The position numbers were made by a program, and so were the translations under genes. The notes below the pieces were generated by a model, which saw nothing but the letters and a program-made list of their open reading frames with translations, did not search any database and was not told the origin of the DNA. DNA of 64,000 bases from Trichodelitschia bisporula (taxonomy: Eukaryota), in assembly GCA_010356995.1 (NCBI GenBank), contig ML996692.1, positions 124,001 through 188,000 of the forward strand. The letters are read 5' to 3'. Positions 37,101-48,436 of this stretch are shown here, piece by piece (position 1 is the first letter of the stretch; every line of letters begins with the position of its first letter).

Positions 37101-37844
37101 TATGCCGTAAGCGGGTATGCCCGCGCGGGGCCACTCCACCCGCCCTGGACTCGACGATCAGCGGCAGGCTCCGCTTGCGCAGGAACGCGCCTCCAGGCTG
37201 CAGACAGCCTCGCGCACACACTGTACTACCGTACACGAGGAGCTCGCGTCATCCCCCCGCAAGCAGCGAGATGCCCCTGCCCTACCCGCCAGAGTGGCCG
37301 CACCCGTGCCTCGCCTACCCACTACCCCCCACCCCCCCTTCCCCTTCTTCCGCTGCCCCACCTCCCGCCGCCCCAAGTTCCGTCCGATGATGTGCGTTGG
37401 CGGGCGCATGAGATCAGCGGAAGCGAACCCACAGCTCTACAGGAGACAGCGCCATGATGCACAGCCGACAACCCTTGAATTACTGGTGGGCGTTAAGCTC
37501 GATGACGGACGCCAACGAAAGGCAATGAGGACGCACCGTTTCTTTCCGGCTTTTGCCCCTCGCGCTTGGCTACGTCCGCGTGAACACGAGGATGTGAAAG
37601 TGGGCAGGCTGAAGGGTGAGTGGAACACGCAAGTTCTGGACCCAATGCCGCCATGCGCGACATACGAAGATAGGCGCAAATGACGAGAGAGCAGATGATA
37701 CAGTTGAAATTTTGTCTCGTGCAGAGCAAAATGCTCAGCAAAATTCTACACACGCAACCCCAAACCCCAAACATGCCCTTCCCCTGCCAGCTAGCCAGCT
37801 CACCTTCCCAACCGCCACTACTCCGCTAGCCGCCCCCCACTCCG

Positions 37845-38983
37845 CTAAATCATGGCATCGATGAAGTCCTTGAACCGAGGACTAAAGCGATTGTAGTAAT
37901 TTTCCGACAAATCCGTAAGAAACAAGCTGCCCGCAAGCTCGCGCAGCTCCGCCACCAGAGTCTTGAGCTGCGGCATTTCCATGCTACTGGGAATTGAGTG
38001 CATGAGGCAGACAAGCATCTCGCGATCAGGAAGCGCCGCGAGCGATTTGGCTGCCTGGCGGTTGATGTACGTCTGGTACTGTTCCTCAAACACCACGGTC
38101 CGATCGGTGGTCCCCAGAATCCGAGATTCCGGTATGCTCCCTGGATTCATAACTGTGAATTCGGGCCATGTCAGCAAAGGATCTCTGCCATAGAGCACGT
38201 TGCGCGTTGACGAGCTCATGGCCAAACAAGGCTGGGGAAAGGCAAATCCTGCCGTATGCGGCAGGGGTTTGCCCCGGGATAAGGAATTGCGGAGCCAATG
38301 AGGAAGCAGAGACCAGAAAACACATACCGATAGATCCCGATGCTAGACCATTGGTACTTCTGATCCTGCTCTTGACATCGGCGAGAAAAGTAGTATTGTG
38401 GTCGTCCGCGAGCTGCGGCGACTCGTCCAGGAAGATTCCCTGCATAGCAAGCTTGGGGTTCTTCTGGCTCCATGTGGCGTACTGGGCAATGTCGCTGTAC
38501 GCGGCATCGATGCTGCGTCGGCCATAATCAATGGCGACGTACCCGACGGTCCTCACATTGGAGTACGAGTTGAGTCTCGGAATCTCTCTCGTGTAATTCG
38601 CATCGGGCAGTGGCGCGGCACCCGGTCCGCTTGCTGGGTTTATTACGATGGTAAAGTCTAACGATGGGTGTGACTGGATGCTGTGACCGACGCGCGGAAT
38701 CAGTAAGGCTTTGTGTGCGCAGGGGTGCTTAGATTGCGGGGATGGGGGGATATTGATAGAAATATGATCCTTACACAGCGTAGAGGGGGTCCCATGCTCC
38801 TCGAACGGGATAAATGTAGAGTGGTATTAACACTCCAGACCTCGGCGCCATCGCTTGCGCTGGATTGCCGGAGCCAGCAGTGACGGGGGTGGTGAAAAGG
38901 CAGATACTTGCAAGGAGGAGCGTGAACAGCGTCCACCTCCGGCAGGCGATAGGCTTTGTGAACCAATTTAGAGCATTGCCCAT
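37845..38983 (-). CDS. sph3: Spherulin-4-like alpha-1,4-N-acetylgalactosaminidase, GH135
   Basis: LIPLYIYP...WDPL, VINPASGPG...LPDANY, VGYV, GIFLDE, VMNPG, VVFE. Introns 38774-38681 and 38327-38153. Hydrophobic N-terminal segment from ATG 38983. Confidence 0.92.
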
Positions 38984-39619
38984 TTGGTAGGATGATAGCA
39001 ATGCAAAAGGGAAGAAATAGGGGGAGAAAGCTTAGGTTGACTGGGCGCCAAAACAGGAATCTCGGGGATGCATTGACCGGGAAGAGGTGAGGAAGAGAGC
39101 GAATGTCGGGGGGAAGGGGATGGAAGAGCAACAAAACAGAAAGAAGGTGTCTGAAGGGTAGAAAGGGAAGGACTGGAAACGGTAGTAGTGATGTAAACTG
39201 CTGCTGTGGGTCGTCAGCACTTCAATCTAATATTGGGATTTGCAAAATGACAGCTGGTTTGCGAGTGTGCCAAGTGACAAGGCTCCATGATCCGGACGAA
39301 GAGACAAAGTACTTCGCAGGGATGGCCTCGTGGAAGGGTTTCCGCTGGATCAGTCGGTCGGCCAGTTGACAGGAGGAGGCACGCCATCGGCTGCGCGAGA
39401 ATAAATCGAAGCCGACCGGACGGTCAATTTTTGATGGCCATTCCGCAGGCATCACGGGAGTCCCAGTTTCATCTAAATCGTGGCAAGACTCTCCACCCTC
39501 CTACTTTATAAGAGTTTCGAGTGTGTCGCATATCGTTGGGGATAAACCGCCAGCGCTAACACCATCTCAATTCTTTCGTTGTTCGTTTCCTTTGCCGTCA
39601 TCTCGTGCTTCCATTCGTT

Positions 39620-41035
39620 ATGAGCACTCGTTCAGATTCGGGGATGTCATCCCCTTCACTCTTTTCGTCCATTTCGCGCTCGAGCAGCACATTTAACGTC
39701 GCCGCGGCCGACTCCGTCAGCACCCCCGGCACCGATTCTTCCATTCTTTTTGACGATGCCACCGTCGAGCCGCTGGACATCTCGAGCAATGGCGAGTCGT
39801 ATATCATGGTGGTCGGCGGGGCCGGCTACATCGGCAGCCACACAACGCTCGAGCTCATGAAGGAGGGGTTCAACGTTGTAGTTGTCGACGATCTGAGCAA
39901 CGCGTACCGCGACGTCCTCGATCGTGTCGAGTTCCTGGCCGCCGAGCACCGCATCGCGATCGGGGAGACCGTACCGACGCTCAAGTTCCACGAAGCCGAC
40001 TACAAGAGCCCAGTGATGCGGTCGATCCTGGATCTGTACGCTCTCAAGGGGGCCGAGCTCGGCACCCAGGGCGCAGCCGTCTCACGTATCCGGGGTGTCA
40101 TCCACTTTGCCGCGTTCAAGGCCGTCGAAGATTCCATCAACAACCCGATCCCGTACTACCAGAACAACGTGTGCGGAATGGTCAACTTCCTGGCGCTGTT
40201 GCAGGAGTTCGGGATCATGAACTTCGTATTCTCTTCCTCGGCCACCGTGTACGGCTCGCGTGCAAACCAGGGCCACCCGTTACGCGAAGAACATTGCGTA
40301 CACGAGCACGAGACGTTTGTGGATGACGATGGGGTGGAAAAGCAGGCGGAGCCGGGCGTCTTCGGTCTGACGTCGCCATACGGTCGGACAAAGTGGATGT
40401 GCGAGGCCATCCTCGCCGATGTCGCCAAGTCTGATCCGCGTTGGACCATCACCGCCCTGCGGTACTTCAACCCAGTCGGCTGCCACGAATCCGGTCTGCT
40501 CGGCGAGGATCCCAGGCAAAAGCCGACCAATCTCGTGCCCGTTGTGTTGCGCGTCCTCACGGGCGCCAATCCGGTGCTCAACATCTTCGGCACCGATTGG
40601 GACACGCCCGATGGTACTGCCATTCGCGATTTCATCCACGTTGTCGACCTCGCCCGCGGCCACATTGCCGCTCTCGATGCCGCCGCCAAAGGTCGTGTTC
40701 GGCACGCATTCCGGGCCTACAACCTGGGCACTGGTACCGGCCACACCGTCCGCGAAGTCGTCGAAAGCATCGAGAAAGCCTCGCAACGCACCATCCCCGT
40801 TGCGGAAGTCGGAAGGCGCCCCGGAGATGTCGGCTTCTGCGTCGCTGGTGTCAATCGTGCTGAGAAGGAGCTCGGATGGAAAACGGTCAAGACGATGCAA
40901 GACTGCTCGACCGACGTTTGGAACTTCACCGCAAGGTCTCGCGGTGTGAACAGCAGCACGCCGAAAAAGACCCTCCCCACGCAGCCCGAGTTCGCTCAGC
41001 AAGAACTTCCCATCGAGAACGCGGTGATGGTATAA
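39620..41035 (+). CDS. uge3: UDP-glucose/UDP-GlcNAc 4-epimerase
   Basis: Intronless. GGAGYIGSH, VIHFAAFKAV, FSSSATVYG, YGRTK, LRYFNPVGCH, DGTAIRDFIHVVDLA. Ser-rich N-terminal extension; divergent from sph3. Confidence 0.95.
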   Translation: MSTRSDSGMSSPSLFSSISRSSSTFNVAAADSVSTPGTDSSILFDDATVEPLDISSNGESYIMVVGGAGYIGSHTTLELMKEGFNVVVVDDLSNAYRDVLDRVEFLAAEHRIAIGETVPTLKFHEADYKSPVMRSILDLYALKGAELGTQGAAVSRIRGVIHFAAFKAVEDSINNPIPYYQNNVCGMVNFLALLQEFGIMNFVFSSSATVYGSRANQGHPLREEHCVHEHETFVDDDGVEKQAEPGVFGLTSPYGRTKWMCEAILADVAKSDPRWTITALRYFNPVGCHESGLLGEDPRQKPTNLVPVVLRVLTGANPVLNIFGTDWDTPDGTAIRDFIHVVDLARGHIAALDAAAKGRVRHAFRAYNLGTGTGHTVREVVESIEKASQRTIPVAEVGRRPGDVGFCVAGVNRAEKELGWKTVKTMQDCSTDVWNFTARSRGVNSSTPKKTLPTQPEFAQQELPIENAVMV

Positions 41036-42826
41036 CACTTGGAGGAAACCTCTGTACAATAAACTTGCATTGCCGGAAAAATAGCGGACTGGCGTTTGAC
41101 GGCGTTCCATACAAGGAAGCTCTTGTCGGGTTGACAAGAGTCGGGAGGGGATCCATCCTCGACCATCCACCAAACCATTTTGTTGTAGCTTTGTTTTTGT
41201 ACATCATTTCTCAGAGAGAAGCGCGCAAGCTGAGACTGCGTGGTAGCGTAGCGCTTTTGGCGGCGAGGGATTCCAGCCGTGTAGATTATTCATAATTCAC
41301 TGCGCAAAACTGTTCCTGCTGCTTCTCGTGTGGCGATTCAGACCATCGAGGAAACCGGCCAGAATCCAGGAGAAAAACACTCGACTAAAGATATCGGAAC
41401 GGCTCCAGAAGCTCCGGCACAAGCGGCACGCGGACTCGCAAACCAGCGGTCACGGGAAAGCAAAGAAAGGAGCACTCACCAAGGGAGAGACGAACAAAAA
41501 AGCTACCTGAGGAGGTAGCAAACACTGCTCACGAAACCGGAATTGACGGAGGTTTATATCTAGAGAAAAAACGTACTCAATGTAGCCGTGCAGCCCTACG
41601 AGCTTGAGCCACCCACAAAATTGTCACCCGCAGTCGTCAGATCACTTCCGGTCTGGCTTTTCTGTTCAGCACTTTGATCTGTAGTAAGCTGCCCGTCTCC
41701 AGGATCGCCAAGTGGTGGGGAATGGTGTATGATCGCGAAGGACTTCGCCTGGAGAACCTCAGGCCGCGTAAGAGAGACAAAAATGAAGGACGCGCCAGTG
41801 CTATTGGCGTCTTTGACGTTCCTGTCGCGGGCGAAAGTGAGTCGTAATAATTCTCCTACGGAAATGCTTTTGCGAGGGACTCAACTTGTAACAAGCTGCT
41901 GCTGGCCCGAAACGAGGATGGACGCATGGTGGCGTTGCACGACATGCATTGGCCGAAGTCAATCCGAATACTCGGTGCAGTATGGGGTAGCAGGCTTGAT
42001 ATGACTTGGCTCGACTGGAGATGTTGGAACGACAACTGTATGCTGTAGAGTTGGATCGAGGAAAGGTGTCTGGAAGCATTCCGCCATCCGTTGACTACCT
42101 GAAGCATCACATCCGTGATTGTGAATGAAGGGAGAAGACAGGCTCCGGATGTTAAGGCAGTCATATGCCGTCGGCTAGTGCGGTCGAGCTGCGAGGCATG
42201 AGTCGCGGTTGTACGGGTGCGGTAGTGCGGTTGTAGTGCGGTGCACGTCAGATGTCCCATGTGAGCATGAAGTCGAGCCAAGAACAGTTCCTTGAGCGGT
42301 TTGGTGAAAGTCCTTGCCGACTCTCTTTGGGCTGGTGCACGGGGAGCAAGCAAAGACTTGTTCACAGCACTACGCTCAGATATCATGCTACCTTGAGATA
42401 TATCCCAAGATTGCGAACCAAGCTTCCAAGGCTACTACGGTACGTAAACTTGTACCGTACATCACACTTCTAACAGCAGCGGCGACTTATGACAGGTCTG
42501 GAATAAAGTCTAGCCCCCATAGACCGAACTAGTTTCCAAGCGCACGGCGGACAATGACTACTATCGCCGAATATCGAGATATTCCTCCCGCTCCGTCATC
42601 GCTTGATATTGGGTATTCGCACATCAGTGGAGCACAATCGTTGCCGTCTAAAGAAACCCCTAGGGAGAGTACGAAGTAGGGCGTGTAGCCACCGCCAGAA
42701 AGCCAAAGTGATATCCAAAGACAATAGATTCACCAACACATCCACCCATCTATCAATCCAAGCAGCCACCCTCCCATCTCCAAAACCACAAACACATAAT
42801 ATACAAACTCTCCCCCCAATGAGCAC

Positions 42827-43510
42827 CTACAACTTAGCCTTCGTCCTCGCCTTAGCCAGAATAGGATCCAGCCTCGTCGCCTTCATAATATCGCCGCGCA
42901 CCTTGAGCTTCCCGCTCATAAACAGCGACTGCGCCTTCGCCGTGCCCTTGACCAGCTTGCCGAAATCGTCGTCCGAGACCACAATCGTGACTAGAGAGAA
43001 GCACCGAGGTTAGCCAATGTACCCAAGGTCAAAGCCAAATTTCTCCGTTCCCAATTCCCCGGTCGTTGTTCGCGCGTGCTCCAAGACGGGATATATGCGT
43101 GCCCTTAGTGCGAGCCCGCAAATAGAACGCAGACCAAGGGCTCAACGCATACCACGCGGGTAACGGCCAAGGGCCACGCGAAATATCATGGCCATCCGTA
43201 GCCAAGCCTAGGCAGGGCAACCAAGATCCTTCCGCGTGGCCCATCTTCACAACCTCAACAGAACTCAGAAAAGAAGAGGCAACCGACCATCCGCCTTCCC
43301 CCCCTCCGGCGCCGTCCCCTGCGCCACAACACCCGTCTCCTTCAAATCAATATACCAGCTCGCCGTCTCGCCCGCCTTATTCTTCAGCGTGAAGGCATAG
43401 ATGCCCGACCCCTTCTTGATCGCATCCTTCTTCTCCTTCGGGTCCTGCAGCGCCGCGTTGATGGCCTCGAAGGCTGCGCTGGCGGGGAAGGTGGGATTGG
43501 CGACGGACAT
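42827..43510 (-). CDS. SCP2 sterol-carrier / nonspecific lipid-transfer protein, peroxisomal
   Basis: Exons 43510-43288 and 42990-42827 give 128 aa: WYIDLKETG...KAD|VTIVVSDDDFGKLVKG...AQSLFMSGKLKVRGDIMKATRL...KAKL* (PTS1). Confidence 0.93.
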
Positions 43511-43647
43511 TGTATTCGTTGAGTGAGGGAGAGATTATGGGGAGGTGGTAAGATGCGATGCGATGCGCGCGTGCGGTGAGGTAGAGTATTAGGAGGTCTG
43601 GTACAGTCAGCACTCCGCACCACGCCAACGAATCCCACACGACGCGG

Positions 43648-43989
43648 CCTCGGGCCGGCCGCCAAGGGGGGTACATACCGCGTGTTTAAAGTCACAAAAC
43701 GTGGAGCGTGAAGAAAGACGGACGGAAAGCGCGAGGGCCCCGGGGGTCTTTAATATCCCGGGCCCTTCGGCGCTGGGCACGGTTTGGGGTTCGGGGTGCG
43801 AAGGCGCGGGGCGCGCGAATGCTGAGCTTTGATTGCCACGAACAAATAGAATTACTGGTACGGCCGCCCGACGAGGCAGCTGATGTTAATCGGACCTTGG
43901 ATCTGATGTCCCGCGCTAATGGATTGCGATTTAGCTTGTGACAAGCAAGCTGCGCGGTGCCTTGGGATTGAGGGCGGTGCACTCCGAGG
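43648..43989. promoter_or_regulatory. Two candidate FarA/Ctf1 sites upstream of SCP2
   Basis: CCTCGG at 43648-43653 and CCGAGG at 43984-43989, 138 and about 475 bp upstream of the ATG of a peroxisomal lipid gene. Confidence 0.5.
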
Positions 43990-44964
43990 CGTTGGCATGT
44001 GATGCTACGTCAGTGGCCTGTGGGCGGTGGACGAAGGATGCAAGCTGCGATGCTCCACCCGTCTGTACGTACAACACGATTGCTTTGACTGCGATACGCT
44101 ATATACTCGGAGTACTTGAGGATGTACCTCTTCTATTCAATCATCCTCTCTATGGACACGCCTATCCAGTCGAACAATAGCCATCGCACATTCCCCGCGG
44201 CCAGCGCACAGGCCTCCAGATCAAAGACCGAGACGCCGACGCCGAACGCATGTGCCACGTGCCGCAAACACCGTCTCCGAAACAGCATTGCTGCATGCAG
44301 CACCTAATCCCATTTTGGGGCAATAAATCGAGGGCGAGCACAATATCAATCGAAAGCGTTGGAAGCTCATGTTTTTGAGTTCCATGTATGAGTTCTCAAT
44401 GCCATGGAAAGTCAAGCATACCGCATCAGACACCGATGTGCCGAGTGAGGACGGAATGACGGGCGGAATGGTTGTCAAAGGGCTGTTTTTGAAGCATTCG
44501 GACATGAAATGTGGAATAGTGACTAAGTACAACTAACTAGCATCATATCCAATAGCATCATATCTGGCCGGCAGCGATGCCTTTGCACTAAAGCTTACAT
44601 TCTATCATCATGATAGGGTCGTCAAAGAAGTGAAGCGAGGTCCAAAACCAACAAGCAAGAACACATAGCCAAAGGAATGAGTGCCGTAGTCGTCGTAAAT
44701 GCTTCAGGAGTCGAAGCGAGCATACCCGCCGTGACTAGCATGTACCTCATGTCGTATCGTTCGTAAAATGAGAAGGCCGCCGGAATAAAATGCACACACA
44801 TAAAGATGTCCAGCTATCCACCGTAGTCACAACCGTACCTCACATGTTTCTCGTCTCTCATTAAGCTTCCGTCATACCGATAACCGCAGTAACCAGACCA
44901 TCATCACGCCAAAGAGGATAGAGGAGTAAAGGAAACACACTCACGAAGTTCGAGCACTCATCCT

Positions 44965-47260
44965 TCAGCTGACATCCATCCCCTCCTCTCCGTCATCCGT
45001 CTCCGTCTCCTCCCCAACCAGGCTAGGAACGACACTGTTTGACTTTCTCTTCCTCCTACCGCCTCCTAGACCCATGCCGAACTTCGTGCCCCCGAGTCCG
45101 CCGACCAACTCCAGCTCCTCACCGCCAACAACCCGGCCCTCAGCATCAATCTCTTCGCACAGTTCAACAATGCTCCGTTGCGGCAGCGCCTTGAAGCCGG
45201 AAGTCCGGACGATGCGGCCCCAGTGAGTCATGCAAAAGGCAGCCGCCCGCCGGCGGAGCCACTGTTCATCAGCCACACCGGCGCGCTCCCAGATGACAGC
45301 TGCATGTTCAATGTCCAGCTCCTTGCCGAGCCGATTCACGCAGAGAAGTCGCAGTCTAGGCATGTCGTAGATGTTAGCCATGACAAGCATGCCTGCGACA
45401 TCGGCGAGCGTAGGGCCGTGTTCGGGATGCGGAGCGATTGAGTCGGTGTACAGGTAGTACAAGAAGGCGCGGACAGCTCCGTAAGGCTCGGGAATGTGCA
45501 TCTTCTTCTGTTGGAACTCGAGCATTTGTGACGCATAGAGACGGGAGAAGTGCGGCCAGCGAGCTTGGAGGATGAGCTTGTGCACGTGAATGGGCTTCGA
45601 AACCGCAGGCGGGGAGTCCCCAATTGCAGACACTGTCATGGCGCTACTGCTATCATCGACGTCATCGGCCTCGGCTGTGACGACGAAATCGACGCCGCTG
45701 CCGGTCTCCGGGGGCTGATCGAACATCCGCGCGAGATCGGCACCGATGCTGTTCAGGTGAGACGACTTTACGGTATCAGATGCCGGAAGCTTTGACTCTC
45801 CGGCCCGAGACTCGGCGGTTAGACTGTTCCCAAGTAGGCCAAACTTCCGCAGGTCGATTGGCAGCACGTCACTGAGGTATTCCTCCGAAGTACCCGCGTT
45901 AGTGCCGCCCTCCGTGGGACAGCCTAAGAGCCAGGCCTGAGTACCATCCTCGTTCATCGCACAATAATGCCAGCGGTAGTGGGGGCTGAAGAGATCCTTG
46001 CCCTCAGCAAGCCGCTGCCAGCGAAGAGTTTCCAGATCCAGCGACGTGATGCAGGTGTCGAACGCAGAAATGACGCTTGCCGGGGTCACGAAATCGAGCA
46101 GGCAACCGGACGAGTAGGCGTAGAAGTGCAACCCGAGACGCGGAGTTGGCAGATGCGGGCTCGAAATGAACTTGAGCGACGATATGGCTCCTGGCGCAAC
46201 GGGAGGGCTGGTCCGGCCGGTCAGGGAAGCGGGATTAGTCTGCAAGCTGCTCGAGTTCGCTGCGTAGCCGGTTAAAGCGGACACCGGCTGGGCCACTCTG
46301 TCGAAGGAGAACATGGCCTGTCTAGAGCTCATGAGGCGCCTGTCGACGGATCCGATGCCCATGGGAGACTCAAAGCTCGGGTTGCCTCGCAGGTCCAGCC
46401 ACCACACCTCCGTTGTCCGCTCCATCTCCTCGCCCATGCCGCCAAACACCCATATCCGGCCGCCCCAAACCCAGCTCGTATGATCGTACCGATGCACGAA
46501 CCTCCACGTCCGAGACCATGTCCAGGTTTTGAGATCGAGATAGCAGATATCATCCAACACGTAGCTCTCATGGCCGGTCATACCACCGACAATGTACAGC
46601 TTCTCGTCATGAATGACAGCCGAATGCCGAGCTCTTCCACGTGGAGCGGTACCGTGGAGCTCCGGCTGAGTCCAATGGGCGGTCTTTAGGTCGAAGATGA
46701 TGACATCGGAGAGGTACGCTCGGTGTTCGTTCTCGCCGCCGTAAACGAGGAGTTTATCGCCTTGCCAAAGGTTGGCAGTGTGGCCTTGCTTGAATGAGTA
46801 CGATAGCTCATGTGCAAAGGATGCGACATACCCATCCGGACACCGGGAATATCTCCATAGTTGTCCACGAGGCTCCACTGCCGCGTTTGCAGGTTGAGCT
46901 TCAATACGTGGTTGTAGACTAAAAGAAGGGACGTAAGCCACGCATTGCATGATTTCCACGCGACAAACCTTCATCCGTGTACTGGTCAAACCCGCCAAAT
47001 GCATAGATCTGGTCGTTGCCAACGTATGTGACGGACGCATTAACCAAGCATGCGGGGCGGGCGCCGACGGTAGTGATGATCTTGGGCGTGTAGCTGTCCT
47101 GGCTGGACTTGCGGTGACGCACGGGACTCGCCGACATGAGGTAGGTGTTTGAGGCAGCGGAAGCGACAGTGGTTGTAGAATGGCGATGCGAGCCAGAGGA
47201 GGGGGAGGAGCTCGTAGCAGCAGCAGCGGGGGTGTAGGTAAGACCGGGCCGAGACGCCAT
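44965..47260 (-). CDS. ral2: Kelch-repeat plus BTB protein Ral2 (Ras pathway regulator)
   Basis: GARPACLVNASVTY...AFGGFDQYTDE|VYNHV...DIPGVRM|GHTA...VYGGENE kelch repeats; C-terminal BTB (IHVHKLILQARWPHF...AFLYYLYTD...NIYDMPRLRLLC). Two short introns near the 5' end. Confidence 0.88.
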
Positions 47261-48436
47261 CAAAAGGCGGGGGTGAAAAAGCTGCGAAAACTTTTTGGGA
47301 CAAAGGCGAGAGAAGGTGTTTCGGTGATTGTCGCGGTCCCGATTCCGGTAGTTGCGGAGAGCAATGCTTGGGAGAATTTCAGGAGGTTGGTGAGTTCTGG
47401 GCGGAAGGTGGAAGGAGGGGATCATCATGGTGGGTGGGAGCGTAACATGGCTGGCCCGGAGGCCTGTAGGGCGACCAGGGATTGGGGCACGCTAGCTCTC
47501 TGGTTGGTTGACGACAAGATCAAGAAAATTATGGGGAAGAAGGAAGAGAAGAGATGCGGATTGCGGAGAGACAAACTTTGGGCATCTCTTTCTTGTTCTG
47601 CGGCAGTTTGTTTGAGTTGTTTTGGCGACAGTAAAGTAGTACCAGAGAACAACAAGCTATGGAATGGCTGGGCGCAGATACGTAGCTACGCCAGCAGCCA
47701 GCAAGTATGTAGCCAGCAGCCAGCAAGCAGGAAGATCCCCTCAGATCCAAGCAAAGCCTACAGCGACCCCGGTCAAGCTTGCATCCCACACATGGGGACG
47801 CGCGCGTCTGCACGCCATTCCGGCACATCACGCGAATAGGCCGACAACACGTCACAGCACACAGAACTCTTCGATTATCTATCAACCTCCCCCCACGCCT
47901 CAATCTCCGGCCCCCATAAAGCTCCCCACCAGAGCCTCCTCGGCAATGCTCAAGCTGCGCGTTACAAAAGCATGCCCGCGTCTCCCAACACCACTACCTC
48001 CTCCTCAACCTGCCGCTTTCCGCTGCGCAAACAAACGCAGCTGGCTCAGACAACCTCCGAATGCCGCATGAGAGTTGAGACATTAAAAAGCTTCCTAAAA
48101 CAGCAGAGAAAATAAACTAAACAGAAATAATACGGGTGCCATGCCGGCGCACCGCCCATGCTCCGTGCCGGACAAAGCGATGAATGGCGCAGGGTATTCG
48201 GTGGTTTTGCTGCAATGGTGGAAGTCGAGCACTGCCTAATGTGCGGTTTATGTACAAGGCGGGTATGAGCGCGGGTCGGTAAGGTGTGAAATATCGGTTG
48301 GCGACAACGGTCTTAGGCAAGAAGAACCAAGCCCAAGCCAGACCGATACAAAAAAGCAGATCCCTCTAACCACATGGTCCGGAAAAAGCACACTGAACGC
48401 CGTGGGTAGTCGATGGAAAATCAAGCTCCAAATCCT

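Noticed and set aside
40280..41173. 297-aa antisense ORF over uge3
   Set aside because: Shadow frame of a GC3-rich CDS.
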